This document shows, piece after piece, positions 48,790 through 58,338 of a stretch of 64,000 nucleotides of DNA. The notes beneath the pieces are model-generated. The model did not search any database. It saw nothing but the letters and a program-made list of their open reading frames with translations, and was not told the origin of the DNA. Numbering within the stretch: the stretch's first letter is position 1; each line of letters begins with the position of its first letter. The DNA lies in assembly GCA_029263055.1 (NCBI GenBank), contig JAJCYG010000036.1, positions 6,708-70,707 of the forward strand, written 5' to 3'. The stretch comes from Actinomycetes bacterium. Its GTDB lineage: Bacteria > Auribacterota > JAJCYG01. Made by a program: the position numbers and the translations under genes.

Positions 48790-49827
48790 ATGAAGAAAAA
48801 AGTTTTTGCAATAATCCTGACTGTTTTGCTGGTGGGCGGGCTCTTGTCTCAGATCCAAATTAAAGATCTGGGGGAGTTTGTCCGGGGCTTTTCTATTGCT
48901 GGATTGATTTTGGCTTTTTTGTTTTATGCTATGAGCTATTTTTTCCGGGCTTTGCGCTGGCGCCAGCTTATCTATTCTAAGGCAATTGGGCTAGGCGAGC
49001 TGATGATGATTACTTCAGCCCATATTATGTTTAATAATTTGCTCCCTTCCCGGTCAGGAGAATTCTCCTATATTTATTTGCTTAAGAAGCGCCAAGGTAT
49101 TTCAGGGAGTGAAGGATTGGCTACATTAGTGGCAGCACGGTTTTATGATTTTGCAGTGTTGTCTTCTTTCTTTTTGATCTCAGCCTTCTTTTATATTGGT
49201 AGTTCTAACAAAATGAGTTTGGGTGAAATTGCTATTGGCGCTGTTTTTATTTTGAGCGTGGCAGTTTTAGCGATCTTCAACTTAGAAAAAATTATGGCTG
49301 TTATTTTGTCGGTGGTTCAAAGAATAGGGAAGAAGTTTCGTTTAACTGAAAAAAAATGGATGTCCTTTTTGGTTTCAAAAGGGAATGATGTGTTAGAGAG
49401 TTTTTCTGCCATTAAATCAAAGAAAAAGTTTTTACCTGTGGTCTCGATTTCGTTTCTTGCTTGGGGTTTTAAGTTTTTTGCTTATCTGATTATGTTGCGT
49501 GCCATGTTAGGTGTTGAAGGCGTTTATCCGACATTCTGGATGATTGTTTTGGGAACAACAGCCGCAGAATTGACCACTATTTTGCCTATTCATGGCATAG
49601 GGGGATTTGGCACCTATGAGTCAGCCTGGGCAGGGGCTTTTTACTTGCTCGGCTTTGCTAAAGAGTTGGCCATTAAGACGGCTTTTAGTTTTCATTTGCT
49701 GGCTTTGCTTTACTCTGTTATTTTAGGGGTGGTTTCACTCCTTTTACTTAACCTTAAAAAGGAAAATAAAACGAGTCAAAAAACCGAAAAATCTGATGTA
49801 GAAGGACACATTAAAGTTAATCATTAG
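48790..49827 (+). CDS. Lysylphosphatidylglycerol synthase TM-domain / flippase-like membrane protein
   Basis: RALRW, NNLLPSRSGE, ARFYD, PIHGIGGFGTYE. Confidence 0.85.
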   Translation: MKKKVFAIILTVLLVGGLLSQIQIKDLGEFVRGFSIAGLILAFLFYAMSYFFRALRWRQLIYSKAIGLGELMMITSAHIMFNNLLPSRSGEFSYIYLLKKRQGISGSEGLATLVAARFYDFAVLSSFFLISAFFYIGSSNKMSLGEIAIGAVFILSVAVLAIFNLEKIMAVILSVVQRIGKKFRLTEKKWMSFLVSKGNDVLESFSAIKSKKKFLPVVSISFLAWGFKFFAYLIMLRAMLGVEGVYPTFWMIVLGTTAAELTTILPIHGIGGFGTYESAWAGAFYLLGFAKELAIKTAFSFHLLALLYSVILGVVSLLLLNLKKENKTSQKTEKSDVEGHIKVNH

Positions 49828-49835
49828 GAGCTATT

Positions 49836-50816
49836 ATGTATTTGTCAGTTGTTATTCCAATTAAAGATGAAGAAGAGAGCGTTAAAGAACTCTATACTGA
49901 ATTAGTAGGGGTTCTAAAAAATTTAAATAAGAACTATGAAATCATTATTACAGATGATGGTTCCTCTGACGGCACTTTTTCAGTCTTAAAAGAACTTCAA
50001 GCAAAAGATCCTCATTTAAAAGTGATTAGCTTTCGTAAAAACTTTGGTCAAACTGCGGCCATGGCTGCAGGGTTTGATTATGCGATTGGTGAAATCATTG
50101 TGACCATGGATGGGGACATGCAAAATGATCCCGCTGATATCCCGCGCCTCTTAGAAAAAATTGAAGAGGGGTATGACTTGGTCAGCGGCTGGCGTTATGA
50201 CCGCAAAGATAAATTTTGGACTCGTCGTTTTCCTTCTAAGGTAGCGAATTGGTTGATCTCTCGAATCACCGGTGTGAAGTTGCATGATTATGGTTGCTCG
50301 CTTAAAGCCTTTAAACATGAAGTGATTAAAAATATTGCCCTTTATGGTGAGTTGCACCGCTTTATTCCGGCTGTGGCTGCGTTGATGGGAGTGACCGAAG
50401 CCGAGCTTAAAGTGAACCACCGTTATCGCACCAAAGGAAAATCTAAATATGGATTATCCCGTATTGTGCGTGTGTTTCTTGATTTGATTACAGTTAAGTT
50501 TTTACTCAGCTATTCAACCAAGCCGATTCAAATTTTTGGATTCTTTGGTTTGATCAGTGGGTTTATTGGCTCTGCAGGGGTGGCCCTGGTGATTATTCAG
50601 CGTCAATTCTTTGGCATGAGTGCGGATCGCCCACTCTTGTTGCTGGCCATCTTAATGATTTTTACAGGCTTTCAATTTATTACCTTAGGGTTGATTGCTG
50701 AAATTCAAATCAGAACATATCACGAGTCTCAAGAAAAACCAATCTATGCGGTTAAAGAGGTGCTTGACTCACAATCTCCTGCTGAAAAACAAGAGGACAA
50801 TGAGGTTCTTATTTGA
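49836..50816 (+). CDS. GT2 polyprenyl-phosphate glycosyltransferase (ArnC-like)
   Basis: DDGSSD, RKNFGQTAA, MDGDMQNDP, HDYGCSLK, GELHRFIP; two C-terminal TM segments. Confidence 0.92.
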   Translation: MYLSVVIPIKDEEESVKELYTELVGVLKNLNKNYEIIITDDGSSDGTFSVLKELQAKDPHLKVISFRKNFGQTAAMAAGFDYAIGEIIVTMDGDMQNDPADIPRLLEKIEEGYDLVSGWRYDRKDKFWTRRFPSKVANWLISRITGVKLHDYGCSLKAFKHEVIKNIALYGELHRFIPAVAALMGVTEAELKVNHRYRTKGKSKYGLSRIVRVFLDLITVKFLLSYSTKPIQIFGFFGLISGFIGSAGVALVIIQRQFFGMSADRPLLLLAILMIFTGFQFITLGLIAEIQIRTYHESQEKPIYAVKEVLDSQSPAEKQEDNEVLI

Positions 50817-51523
50817 GCTACGCTTCATTCCCGGTAGTGGTGCTACCAACCTATAACGAGAAAGAAAATATTTCTCACATATTGCCTGAAATTTTAAAGC
50901 AAGATAAACGGATCCACGTCTTAGTTGTGGATGACCATTCCCCAGATAAAACCGCAGACGCAGTTAAAAAAATTCAAAAAAAATATTCTAAGCGTGTTCA
51001 CCTCATCTCTCGCAAAGGGAGAGGGCGTGGAGCAGCTGTGCTCAAAGGTTTTAAAGAAGCACTCAAATTAGGGGCCACCTCCATTTTTGAAATGGATGCC
51101 GACTTTTCGCATAATCCTAAAGACCTGCCTCGTTTTCTTAAAGAAATTGAAAAAGTAGATGTAGTGATTGGCTCTCGTTTTGTGAAGGGGGGCAAGATTG
51201 AACAGCGCGGTTGGCTGAGGAATGTGTTAAGCGATATTTTAAATGAAATGATTCGTTTGCTGCTCGGTTTGAAAATCCATGACACCTCTACAGGGTTTCG
51301 TCTTTTTCGATCTGATGTGATTAAAAAGATAAACACAAAGAAGATTGTTTCAAAAAACTACTCTCTTTGTCCTGAATTACTCTATCGCGCCACTCAATCA
51401 GGCTTTTCCCTCAAAGAGATTCCCATTGTCTTTGTGAACCGCTACGCAGGCAAAAGTAAGGCAAACCTTCACATTGCGATAGATTATTTCTTAACAATCT
51501 TCCGTATCCGCTTCTCTAAGTAA
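50813..51523 (+). CDS. Polyprenol-phosphate mannose synthase-like GT2 (Dpm1-like)
   Basis: PTYNEKEN, VDDHSPD, EMDADFSH, IGSRF, GKSK. Confidence 0.9.
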   Translation: MSYASFPVVVLPTYNEKENISHILPEILKQDKRIHVLVVDDHSPDKTADAVKKIQKKYSKRVHLISRKGRGRGAAVLKGFKEALKLGATSIFEMDADFSHNPKDLPRFLKEIEKVDVVIGSRFVKGGKIEQRGWLRNVLSDILNEMIRLLLGLKIHDTSTGFRLFRSDVIKKINTKKIVSKNYSLCPELLYRATQSGFSLKEIPIVFVNRYAGKSKANLHIAIDYFLTIFRIRFSK

Positions 51524-51532
51524 ATGTTGGTT

Positions 51533-52585
51533 TTATTTTAAAAGTTTCAATCTAGAGACATGTAGCACTTCTTCCACAGAAACATCTTCCATGGCATTTT
51601 GATTGTGGAAATCTTTGGCTTTGATGACCGTTGCTTTGGGGTTGTTGGGATCATTAACGATCGGGTCAGTCGGACCAAAGATGGCGATTTGATTTGAGGC
51701 CATGGTGGCGGCAATGTGCATAGGGCCTGAGTCAGCGCTGATAAAAAGATCAATGCGCGAAGTGAGTTCGGCAAACTGTTTTAAGTCGAGTGTGGGTGCT
51801 AAAAAAACATGATCGCTCTGTTTGATTTGTTGTTGAACAGATTCAGCGAGTTCTTTTTCGCCAGGGCCCCAGGTTAAAATAATATTGACGTTTTCTGTTT
51901 CAATCAACCCATCCGCTAGTGCGACAAACTTTTCAGTTTGCCATCGTTTGTGTGGTTTGCTGGCGCCTGGGTGAATAATCACATTTTTTGAAGTGGTTCC
52001 ATTTTTTTGGTTCATCTGAATTTCGTTTAGAAAAACAGAAATCTTTTCTTGGTCTTTTAAAGAAATATACATAGGTGTGGGGTCTGAGGCCACATTGGGA
52101 ACCCACTTTTGAATCAGAGCTTGATTGCGATCATATCGATTGAGGTCAGGGCTGGCTAAAGGGATTTTCATATTAGTGAAAAGCCAGCTCCATTCTTTGA
52201 CAAACTCGCGTCTAAAGCCGACACGGATTGGGGCTTTGCTTGCCCATCCAATCAAGCCTGTTTTAAAAATGCCATGAAAGTCGAGAACCAGGTCAAAGTC
52301 ATAAGATCTAAGTTGGGCTACAAATTTTTTCCACTCTTGATAAAATGCAGGCCAATTCTTTGGATTTTTACTGAGTTTGGTGAATGTTTTTCTTGGAAAA
52401 AGGATGACCTGGTCAATAGAGGGGTCCCCTTCTAAAACAGGGAGCGATTTCTCTTCAACGCACCACGCAATAAAGGCGCAAGGGTGGTGTTTGCGCAATA
52501 GTGAAACAGCGGAAACGGTTCTGGCCACGTCTCCTATAGCGCTTAAGCGTAGAACTAAGAGTTTGCTTTTAGGTTTAAGTTCCAT
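51533..52585 (-). CDS. GT9 LPS heptosyltransferase (WaaC-like)
   Basis: RLSAIGDV, HPGAS..HKRW, DSGPMHIA, FGPT. Confidence 0.9.
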   Translation of the reverse strand: MELKPKSKLLVLRLSAIGDVARTVSAVSLLRKHHPCAFIAWCVEEKSLPVLEGDPSIDQVILFPRKTFTKLSKNPKNWPAFYQEWKKFVAQLRSYDFDLVLDFHGIFKTGLIGWASKAPIRVGFRREFVKEWSWLFTNMKIPLASPDLNRYDRNQALIQKWVPNVASDPTPMYISLKDQEKISVFLNEIQMNQKNGTTSKNVIIHPGASKPHKRWQTEKFVALADGLIETENVNIILTWGPGEKELAESVQQQIKQSDHVFLAPTLDLKQFAELTSRIDLFISADSGPMHIAATMASNQIAIFGPTDPIVNDPNNPKATVIKAKDFHNQNAMEDVSVEEVLHVSRLKLLK

Positions 52586-52682
52586 AGTGATTTTTAATGA
52601 AAGATGCTATGATACCAGGTTTAAATAATCGATACTACTAGTTAATGCAAACAGGTTTAAAAGAATAATGCACTTTTAGGAG

Positions 52683-54497
52683 TTGGGCAAAGAAATGCAC
52701 GTCAAGGCGATTCCTCCTGAGTTTGATTTGATTAAGCAGGAGAACAAAACATTTATCTTAAGAAAAGACCTCGCAGCCCAGCTGCTTGATTTAGATGTGG
52801 GGAATCTTTGGGATTGGACAAACGATCCTGAAAAAGAGGTTCAGTACTATAAGGGGCGGATTCCGGCAGCCGCTGTGACGCTTCCTATTGAGGGTGGATT
52901 GCGTGTGGTTTTGCGCCGTTATCATCATGGTGGGGTTTTGGGGCATTTCCAAAAAGATCGTTATCTTTTTTCGTTCCCTCCTTTAAAAGAAATTGCAGCT
53001 TGTGCGTTTGCTCATGATCAAGGTGTGCCTGCGGTTGAAATTTTAGGTGCTGTTCAAGAAAGAGTGGGGCTGTTTAATCGAATCTACTTGATTACGAAGC
53101 ACCTCCCTGAAGGCTCTGATCTAGGCGAGTTTTTTCGTAAACAATATGAACGGGTTAATTGGCGAGAAAAACATCAAATTATTGAAGAGACAGGTAAGCT
53201 GATTCGTAAGATGCACAATGAAGGGCTTTTTCATTCTGATTTGCACTTAAAAAATATTTATATGTCTCAACAGAACGGGACTAAACAGTTTTATTTACTC
53301 GATTTTGACAAAGCACATGTGGTGCCAAACCTTTCTAAAGAGATGCGTTTAAAAAATCTATTGAGACTAGAACGCTACCTGGCTAAATACTTTTCTGAAA
53401 CCTCTATTTTTACTGCTTCTGATCGCATTCGGTTTTTACGTGCTTACTTTGGTTCAAATCAAGAAGCGCGTGAGTTTGTTGAGCGACATATAAAACAGTT
53501 TCAACGTCATGTTAAAACCCATCAACTTTTGTGGTGGAAAAAAGTAGGCGACCCCCATTGGTGGAGCTATATTTGTATAAGAGGGATGGTTGCTGTTTTA
53601 AACTTAGTTCCTGAACAGTTTTCGTACTCATGCTTTGTGCTTATCTCTAAGATAGCTTACCGAATAGTGCCTAAATTACGTCGACGGATTATGAATAATC
53701 TTAATCTTGTTTATAAAGAAACAATGTCACCCGAAGATAAAGAGCGTTTAGCAAAAAATATAGCAAAGCATCTTGCGTTCTCTTTTGCTGAGTTTACCCG
53801 TTCTTTTTCAATGTCGCGAAAAGATCTGCTTAAGGCTCGAGAAAAGTATGAATTTATTGGCAAAGAAAATGTAGAAGAAGGGCTTAGAAGAGGTAAAGGG
53901 ATTTTGTTTTTGGTTTCGCATCTGGGAAACTGGGAACGGCTTAATTTAGTGGAGTCGTGGTTTGATTTTAAATCTTATGCCTTGGCAAAGCAGATAAAAA
54001 ATAAGTGGTTTGATCAATGGGTGCTTGATATCCGTTCGCGGCTTGGGATTAATGTTTTAAAAGCAAATCGAATGAATCGTGAGATTTTACGCGTCTTAAA
54101 AGAAAATAATACCGTAGCTGTGCTGATTGATCAAAACCCTGGAGCGGGTCGGGGTGAAATGATTCCCTTTATGGGAGTTCCGGCACCGACTAACACCGCT
54201 CCTGCCTTTTTTGCGTTAAAATCAGGAGCAACGGTTTTGCCTGCTTTTTGTTTGCGTAAGAGCCCAGGAGTATTTAAGTTTATTATTGATCCTCCTGTTG
54301 AGTTGATCCAAAAAGAGACTTTTCGAGAATCTTTAACAGCGAATACGGAGCTCTTTGCCAAAAACTTAGAAGAGTATGTGCGTAAAGACCCCGAGCAATG
54401 GTTTTGGGTGCACAACCGTTGGAAAGTGAAAACCAAAAAAGTTAAGAATGACTCCAAAGAGACGCGTCATCCTGAGCGTAGCGAAGGATCTAGTTAA
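52683..54497 (+). CDS. Fusion of a KdkA-like Kdo kinase (N) and an LpxL/HtrB-like lipid A acyltransferase (C)
   Basis: VLRRYHHGG, HSDLHLKNI, LLDFDKA and NLLRLER (kinase); HLGNWE, LIDQ and PEQWFWVHNRWK (acyltransferase). Confidence 0.85.
   Translation: MGKEMHVKAIPPEFDLIKQENKTFILRKDLAAQLLDLDVGNLWDWTNDPEKEVQYYKGRIPAAAVTLPIEGGLRVVLRRYHHGGVLGHFQKDRYLFSFPPLKEIAACAFAHDQGVPAVEILGAVQERVGLFNRIYLITKHLPEGSDLGEFFRKQYERVNWREKHQIIEETGKLIRKMHNEGLFHSDLHLKNIYMSQQNGTKQFYLLDFDKAHVVPNLSKEMRLKNLLRLERYLAKYFSETSIFTASDRIRFLRAYFGSNQEAREFVERHIKQFQRHVKTHQLLWWKKVGDPHWWSYICIRGMVAVLNLVPEQFSYSCFVLISKIAYRIVPKLRRRIMNNLNLVYKETMSPEDKERLAKNIAKHLAFSFAEFTRSFSMSRKDLLKAREKYEFIGKENVEEGLRRGKGILFLVSHLGNWERLNLVESWFDFKSYALAKQIKNKWFDQWVLDIRSRLGINVLKANRMNREILRVLKENNTVAVLIDQNPGAGRGEMIPFMGVPAPTNTAPAFFALKSGATVLPAFCLRKSPGVFKFIIDPPVELIQKETFRESLTANTELFAKNLEEYVRKDPEQWFWVHNRWKVKTKKVKNDSKETRHPERSEGSS
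54464..54491. repeat. Partial copy of the GTCATCCTGAG element, translated in frame at the C-terminus of the fusion gene
   Basis: GCGTCATCCTGAGCGTAGCGAAGGATCT, 26/28 identical to 42626-42653; encodes RHPERSEGS. Confidence 0.8.
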
Positions 54498-54498
54498 T

Positions 54499-55506
54499 AT
54501 GAAAATACTTGTCCGCATGACCAACTGGGTAGGGGACTGTTTGATTGCCACACCTGCTTTGCGTCAAATCAGAGCGCTTTATCCTGAGGCTCAAATAGAT
54601 GTACTGGTGCATCAAAAAGCCGTTTCGATTTTTGACAATAATCCCCATATCAATAAGGTGATTGGATTTCATTTTTCAAAAGGACTTAAAGGAATTAAGC
54701 AACGCTTTGATTTGGCTTATTCATTAAAAGAAGAAGCTTATGACAAAGCGTATATTTTTCCTCGTTCTTGGGATAGTCTGTTGCTCCCTTTTTTAGCAAG
54801 AATTCCTGAACGAATTGGCTATGCCAATCAAGGTAGAGAAATGTTGCTGACTCAATCCAAAAAAAGAGTTCAGTCGGTTCGTCAAGGACATCAAGCAGGC
54901 TATTATTGGAATTTAGTGACAGGAACGTCTGCGATTCCTAAAGAAGAGATTAAAGCAGACTTTGTTTTGGATATATCCGCAGAAGAATGGGCTAAGGAAA
55001 CATTTAAAGAAAGCTTTTCAGGAAAAAAAGTGATTGGGATTGCGCCAGGGGCGACTTTTGGTTCAGCAAAAATGTGGCTGCCTGAGCGGTTTGGTGCCGT
55101 GGCTAAAGAATTATTGCGGGATCCGAATATGGCCGTGGTCTTTTTTGGAGGCCCTAAAGAAGCTGGTTGGATTAATGCTTTAGCTGATAAAATACCTCAT
55201 GTGGTTTCGTTTGCTGGTAAGACTCAGTTGCAAGAATTAGCTGCTTTAATGAAAGCGTGCAATGTGGTGTTGACCAATGACAGTGGGCCTATGCATGTGG
55301 CAGCAGCGGTAAAAGTTCCTTTAGTTGTTTTGTTTGGCTCGACTAATTATGAAAACACCGCTCCAATGGGTGGACATACATTGATTCATAAACGTGTAGC
55401 TTGCAGCCCTTGTTTGTTAAGGCATTGTCCTATTGACCATCGGTGCATGAAACAGATTGAAGTTAATGAGGTTGTTGAGGCTTTACAGGAGAAAGTAGCA
55501 TCATGA
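54499..55506 (+). CDS. waaF: LPS heptosyltransferase II (start 54499)
   Basis: MKILVRMTNWVGD, PGATFGSAKMW, NDSGPMH, CSPCLLRHCP. Confidence 0.9.
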   Translation: MKILVRMTNWVGDCLIATPALRQIRALYPEAQIDVLVHQKAVSIFDNNPHINKVIGFHFSKGLKGIKQRFDLAYSLKEEAYDKAYIFPRSWDSLLLPFLARIPERIGYANQGREMLLTQSKKRVQSVRQGHQAGYYWNLVTGTSAIPKEEIKADFVLDISAEEWAKETFKESFSGKKVIGIAPGATFGSAKMWLPERFGAVAKELLRDPNMAVVFFGGPKEAGWINALADKIPHVVSFAGKTQLQELAALMKACNVVLTNDSGPMHVAAAVKVPLVVLFGSTNYENTAPMGGHTLIHKRVACSPCLLRHCPIDHRCMKQIEVNEVVEALQEKVAS

Positions 55507-56693
55507 AGATTGCCATTGTGATTAAAGACTGTGCGTTTGCAAAAGGGGGAGCTGAACGGTATGCTTCGCGGTTGTTGTGGCGTTTGTCTGAATCAACCAC
55601 GCATGACGTGCACCTTTTTTCTCATTCGTGGGATGCTAAGTTAGAAGAGCGGATTCAATGCCATTTTGTTTCTTATACACATAAGCCTGGTTTTTTAAAA
55701 CAGATCAGCTTTGCTAAAAATGTAACCAAACAACTTGAGAAATATAACTTTGATTTGGTTTTAGGGCTGACTCAGTTTTTACCTATGGATATTTTTAGAA
55801 CCGGAGGTGGGTTCTTTTTATCTTATATAGAGCATCGTTTTACTGATTTAAGAACACGTTTCTTAAAGCGATGGACCCCAAAAGCAGCAGCCATGATTCG
55901 ATTAGAAGAAAAAATTGTGCATTCGCCTAAGACGTATTCTTTTATGGCTAACTCACATATGTGTCGTGATGAACTTGTGAATCGCTACAAGGTCAATTCT
56001 GATCGCATTCATGTGATTTACAATGGAGTGAATCACAAACAGTTTAATACGGTTCATATGCGTCGGCATCGTCAGGCGATTCGCAAGCAATATGGTATTT
56101 CAGAAGAAGAGGTCTTAATTTTATTTGTGGGTAATGGGTTTAGCCGAAAAAATTTAGACACTGTGATTCAGATGGCTAGTAAATTAGGTGAAGATCTAAA
56201 TCGTTTTCGATTTGCAGTTTTAGGTAAAGGGCGTATTGGTCTTTACCGAAGAAAAGCCAAAGAGTTAGGGGTTGAGTCTCAATTTCTTTTTGTTGGTCCC
56301 CAAGAAAATGTGCATGAGTGGTATTTGGCTTCTGATGTGTTGATGCACCCTGCCATTTATGATCCTTGTTCCAATGCTTGTTTAGAAGCGCTCTCATGTG
56401 GTTTGCCTGTGCTCACCACAAAAACCAATGGAGCTTCTCACTGGATTGAAAATGGAACCAATGGATATGTGATTGAGGATCCGCGCGATGCGGTTGCTTT
56501 TGCTGAAAAGGCAAAAATATTTTTAGACACGGTACGAAAAGAACGGATGCGTCATGACGCCCCAGGAACCGTGGTTTCTTTAACTGATGAAAACCATGAT
56601 GCTGCCTTGATTGAACTGCTTGAAAAAACATATCAACTCAAACAAAAAGTTGAACATTTAAAAGTAGAGTCTCCTTTTTATGCCAAGCATTGA
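55503..56693 (+). CDS. GT4 glycosyltransferase (WaaG-like)
   Basis: GGAERY, IYNGV, GFSRKN, YDPCSNACLEALSCGLPV. Confidence 0.88.
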   Translation: MKIAIVIKDCAFAKGGAERYASRLLWRLSESTTHDVHLFSHSWDAKLEERIQCHFVSYTHKPGFLKQISFAKNVTKQLEKYNFDLVLGLTQFLPMDIFRTGGGFFLSYIEHRFTDLRTRFLKRWTPKAAAMIRLEEKIVHSPKTYSFMANSHMCRDELVNRYKVNSDRIHVIYNGVNHKQFNTVHMRRHRQAIRKQYGISEEEVLILFVGNGFSRKNLDTVIQMASKLGEDLNRFRFAVLGKGRIGLYRRKAKELGVESQFLFVGPQENVHEWYLASDVLMHPAIYDPCSNACLEALSCGLPVLTTKTNGASHWIENGTNGYVIEDPRDAVAFAEKAKIFLDTVRKERMRHDAPGTVVSLTDENHDAALIELLEKTYQLKQKVEHLKVESPFYAKH

Positions 56694-57513
56694 AATCTTT
56701 CAACCTTACAAGCAAGCCTTTCTAGAAAAAGACCTAGAAACCTTTGAACAAGTCATGGCTCTTGTTAGTGATCAAACCTTTAAAGAAAATAAACACCGCA
56801 GTGTGGTTAAGTTTTCTCTTTGGTATGAAGACAAAGAGAGTGCTTTCTTTTGCAAACGCCATTTCAAACCAGAAAACAAAGACAAGTGGAAAGATCTCTT
56901 AGCCTTTAAATGGTCTCCATCCGACGGAAAACAAGAATTAGATAACATTAAATTAGTGACTGAACTAGGTATTCCAACCATGACCCCTGTTGCATGGGGA
57001 GAAGAAGAAGGCTCTTCTTTTAATCGAAAATCATTTTTAGTTACAGAGAGTTTAGGTGAGCTAGAACGCTTAGAAGATTATCTCGTGCGTAAATACGGCA
57101 AAGAATTAAATGCTCAAGAACGAAAAGAAAAACAAGCCTTAATCCAAAAAGTAGCAGAGATGGCAAAAAAGTTTCACGGTGCCAACCTCTGCCATCGCGA
57201 TTTTTACTGCGGCCACTTTCTAGTTAAAGAACAAAAAAACGATTTACCGATTCTTTACTTAATTGATTTGCAACGTGTGCGTAAGTATTGTTATTTAAGA
57301 CGCCGCTGGAAAACCAAAGACTTAGCCGCCTTAAACTTTACCGCCTTTCCCGAAGCCATCTCAAAAACCGACCGCCTTCGATTCTTCTACACCTATTTAA
57401 ACGTAATGAAACTAACCCGCTCCCACAAACGCTGGATTAACCAAATCCTCACCCGCACCCAAAAAATGGACCGCCACACCTCCAAAAAACGCCAAAAGTA
57501 CCTAAATTCTTAG
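56680..57513 (+). CDS. LPS core heptose kinase (WaaP-like)
   Basis: KRH, SFLVTESL, HRDFYCGHFL, LIDLQR, KDLAAL, DRLRF. Confidence 0.88.
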   Translation: MPSIEIFQPYKQAFLEKDLETFEQVMALVSDQTFKENKHRSVVKFSLWYEDKESAFFCKRHFKPENKDKWKDLLAFKWSPSDGKQELDNIKLVTELGIPTMTPVAWGEEEGSSFNRKSFLVTESLGELERLEDYLVRKYGKELNAQERKEKQALIQKVAEMAKKFHGANLCHRDFYCGHFLVKEQKNDLPILYLIDLQRVRKYCYLRRRWKTKDLAALNFTAFPEAISKTDRLRFFYTYLNVMKLTRSHKRWINQILTRTQKMDRHTSKKRQKYLNS

Positions 57514-57642
57514 GTGAGATGTATTGAGAGAAAACAGGTGTTTCTGTATCTTTTTGCACTCTAATAACTTAGGACTTTACCGTGGTGATTTTGAGGTAAT
57601 TGCGGTATGCTAGTACGCTTGAAACCTGAAGGATGAGGGATT

Positions 57643-58338
57643 ATGACATTAACTTTAGAAACAGAAGAAGAGACCAAAATGAAAGATAAAGTGGTTACCA
57701 GTTGGAGTCATCTTTATAAGCGCCGTAGAGAGATCTATAAAGCATATCCTGATTTTTGGAAAATCAAGGTTAAGAAGAAAATCGTTAACATTATTTATGA
57801 AACGATTGAAGAGTATAAGCAAGATGATGTGAGTAAGATCTGTGCTTTAGATGTGGGGTCGAATGACCGCGTCATGGGCGAAAAGATCAAGAAAAAGTAC
57901 CCTCAGTTTAATTATGAGAGCATGGACATTGATCAAGAGCAACATCATGATTACTATGACTTGGATAAGATTGATAAAAAATTTGATTTGGTTCTTTCTT
58001 TTGAAGTGATTGAGCACATTGTGTTTGATGAAGGGATTGAAATGCTCCAAAAGGTTTATGATTTGCTTAAGCCGGGTGGGAAGCTGATTGTTTCAACACC
58101 TAATGTGTTTCATCCTAACCGCTACTGGGAATATTCTCATAAAGTTTCTTACCGATATGATGAGCTCGGGGGAATTTTGCTTTCGCTCGGTTTTAAGATC
58201 AACCACATTTATCGTATTTATAATGATGCTTACTTCAAGCGTCTTTTTAGATTGTGGTTTGCAGCACCGCTGCATCAATATCTCTGTGTTGATTTTGCCA
58301 AGTCGATTCTTGTGGTGGCTGAAAAACCAGCTGATTAA
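57643..58338 (+). CDS. Class I SAM-dependent methyltransferase
   Basis: LDVGS, FEVIEHI, LKPGGKLIVSTPN. Confidence 0.88.
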   Translation: MTLTLETEEETKMKDKVVTSWSHLYKRRREIYKAYPDFWKIKVKKKIVNIIYETIEEYKQDDVSKICALDVGSNDRVMGEKIKKKYPQFNYESMDIDQEQHHDYYDLDKIDKKFDLVLSFEVIEHIVFDEGIEMLQKVYDLLKPGGKLIVSTPNVFHPNRYWEYSHKVSYRYDELGGILLSLGFKINHIYRIYNDAYFKRLFRLWFAAPLHQYLCVDFAKSILVVAEKPAD

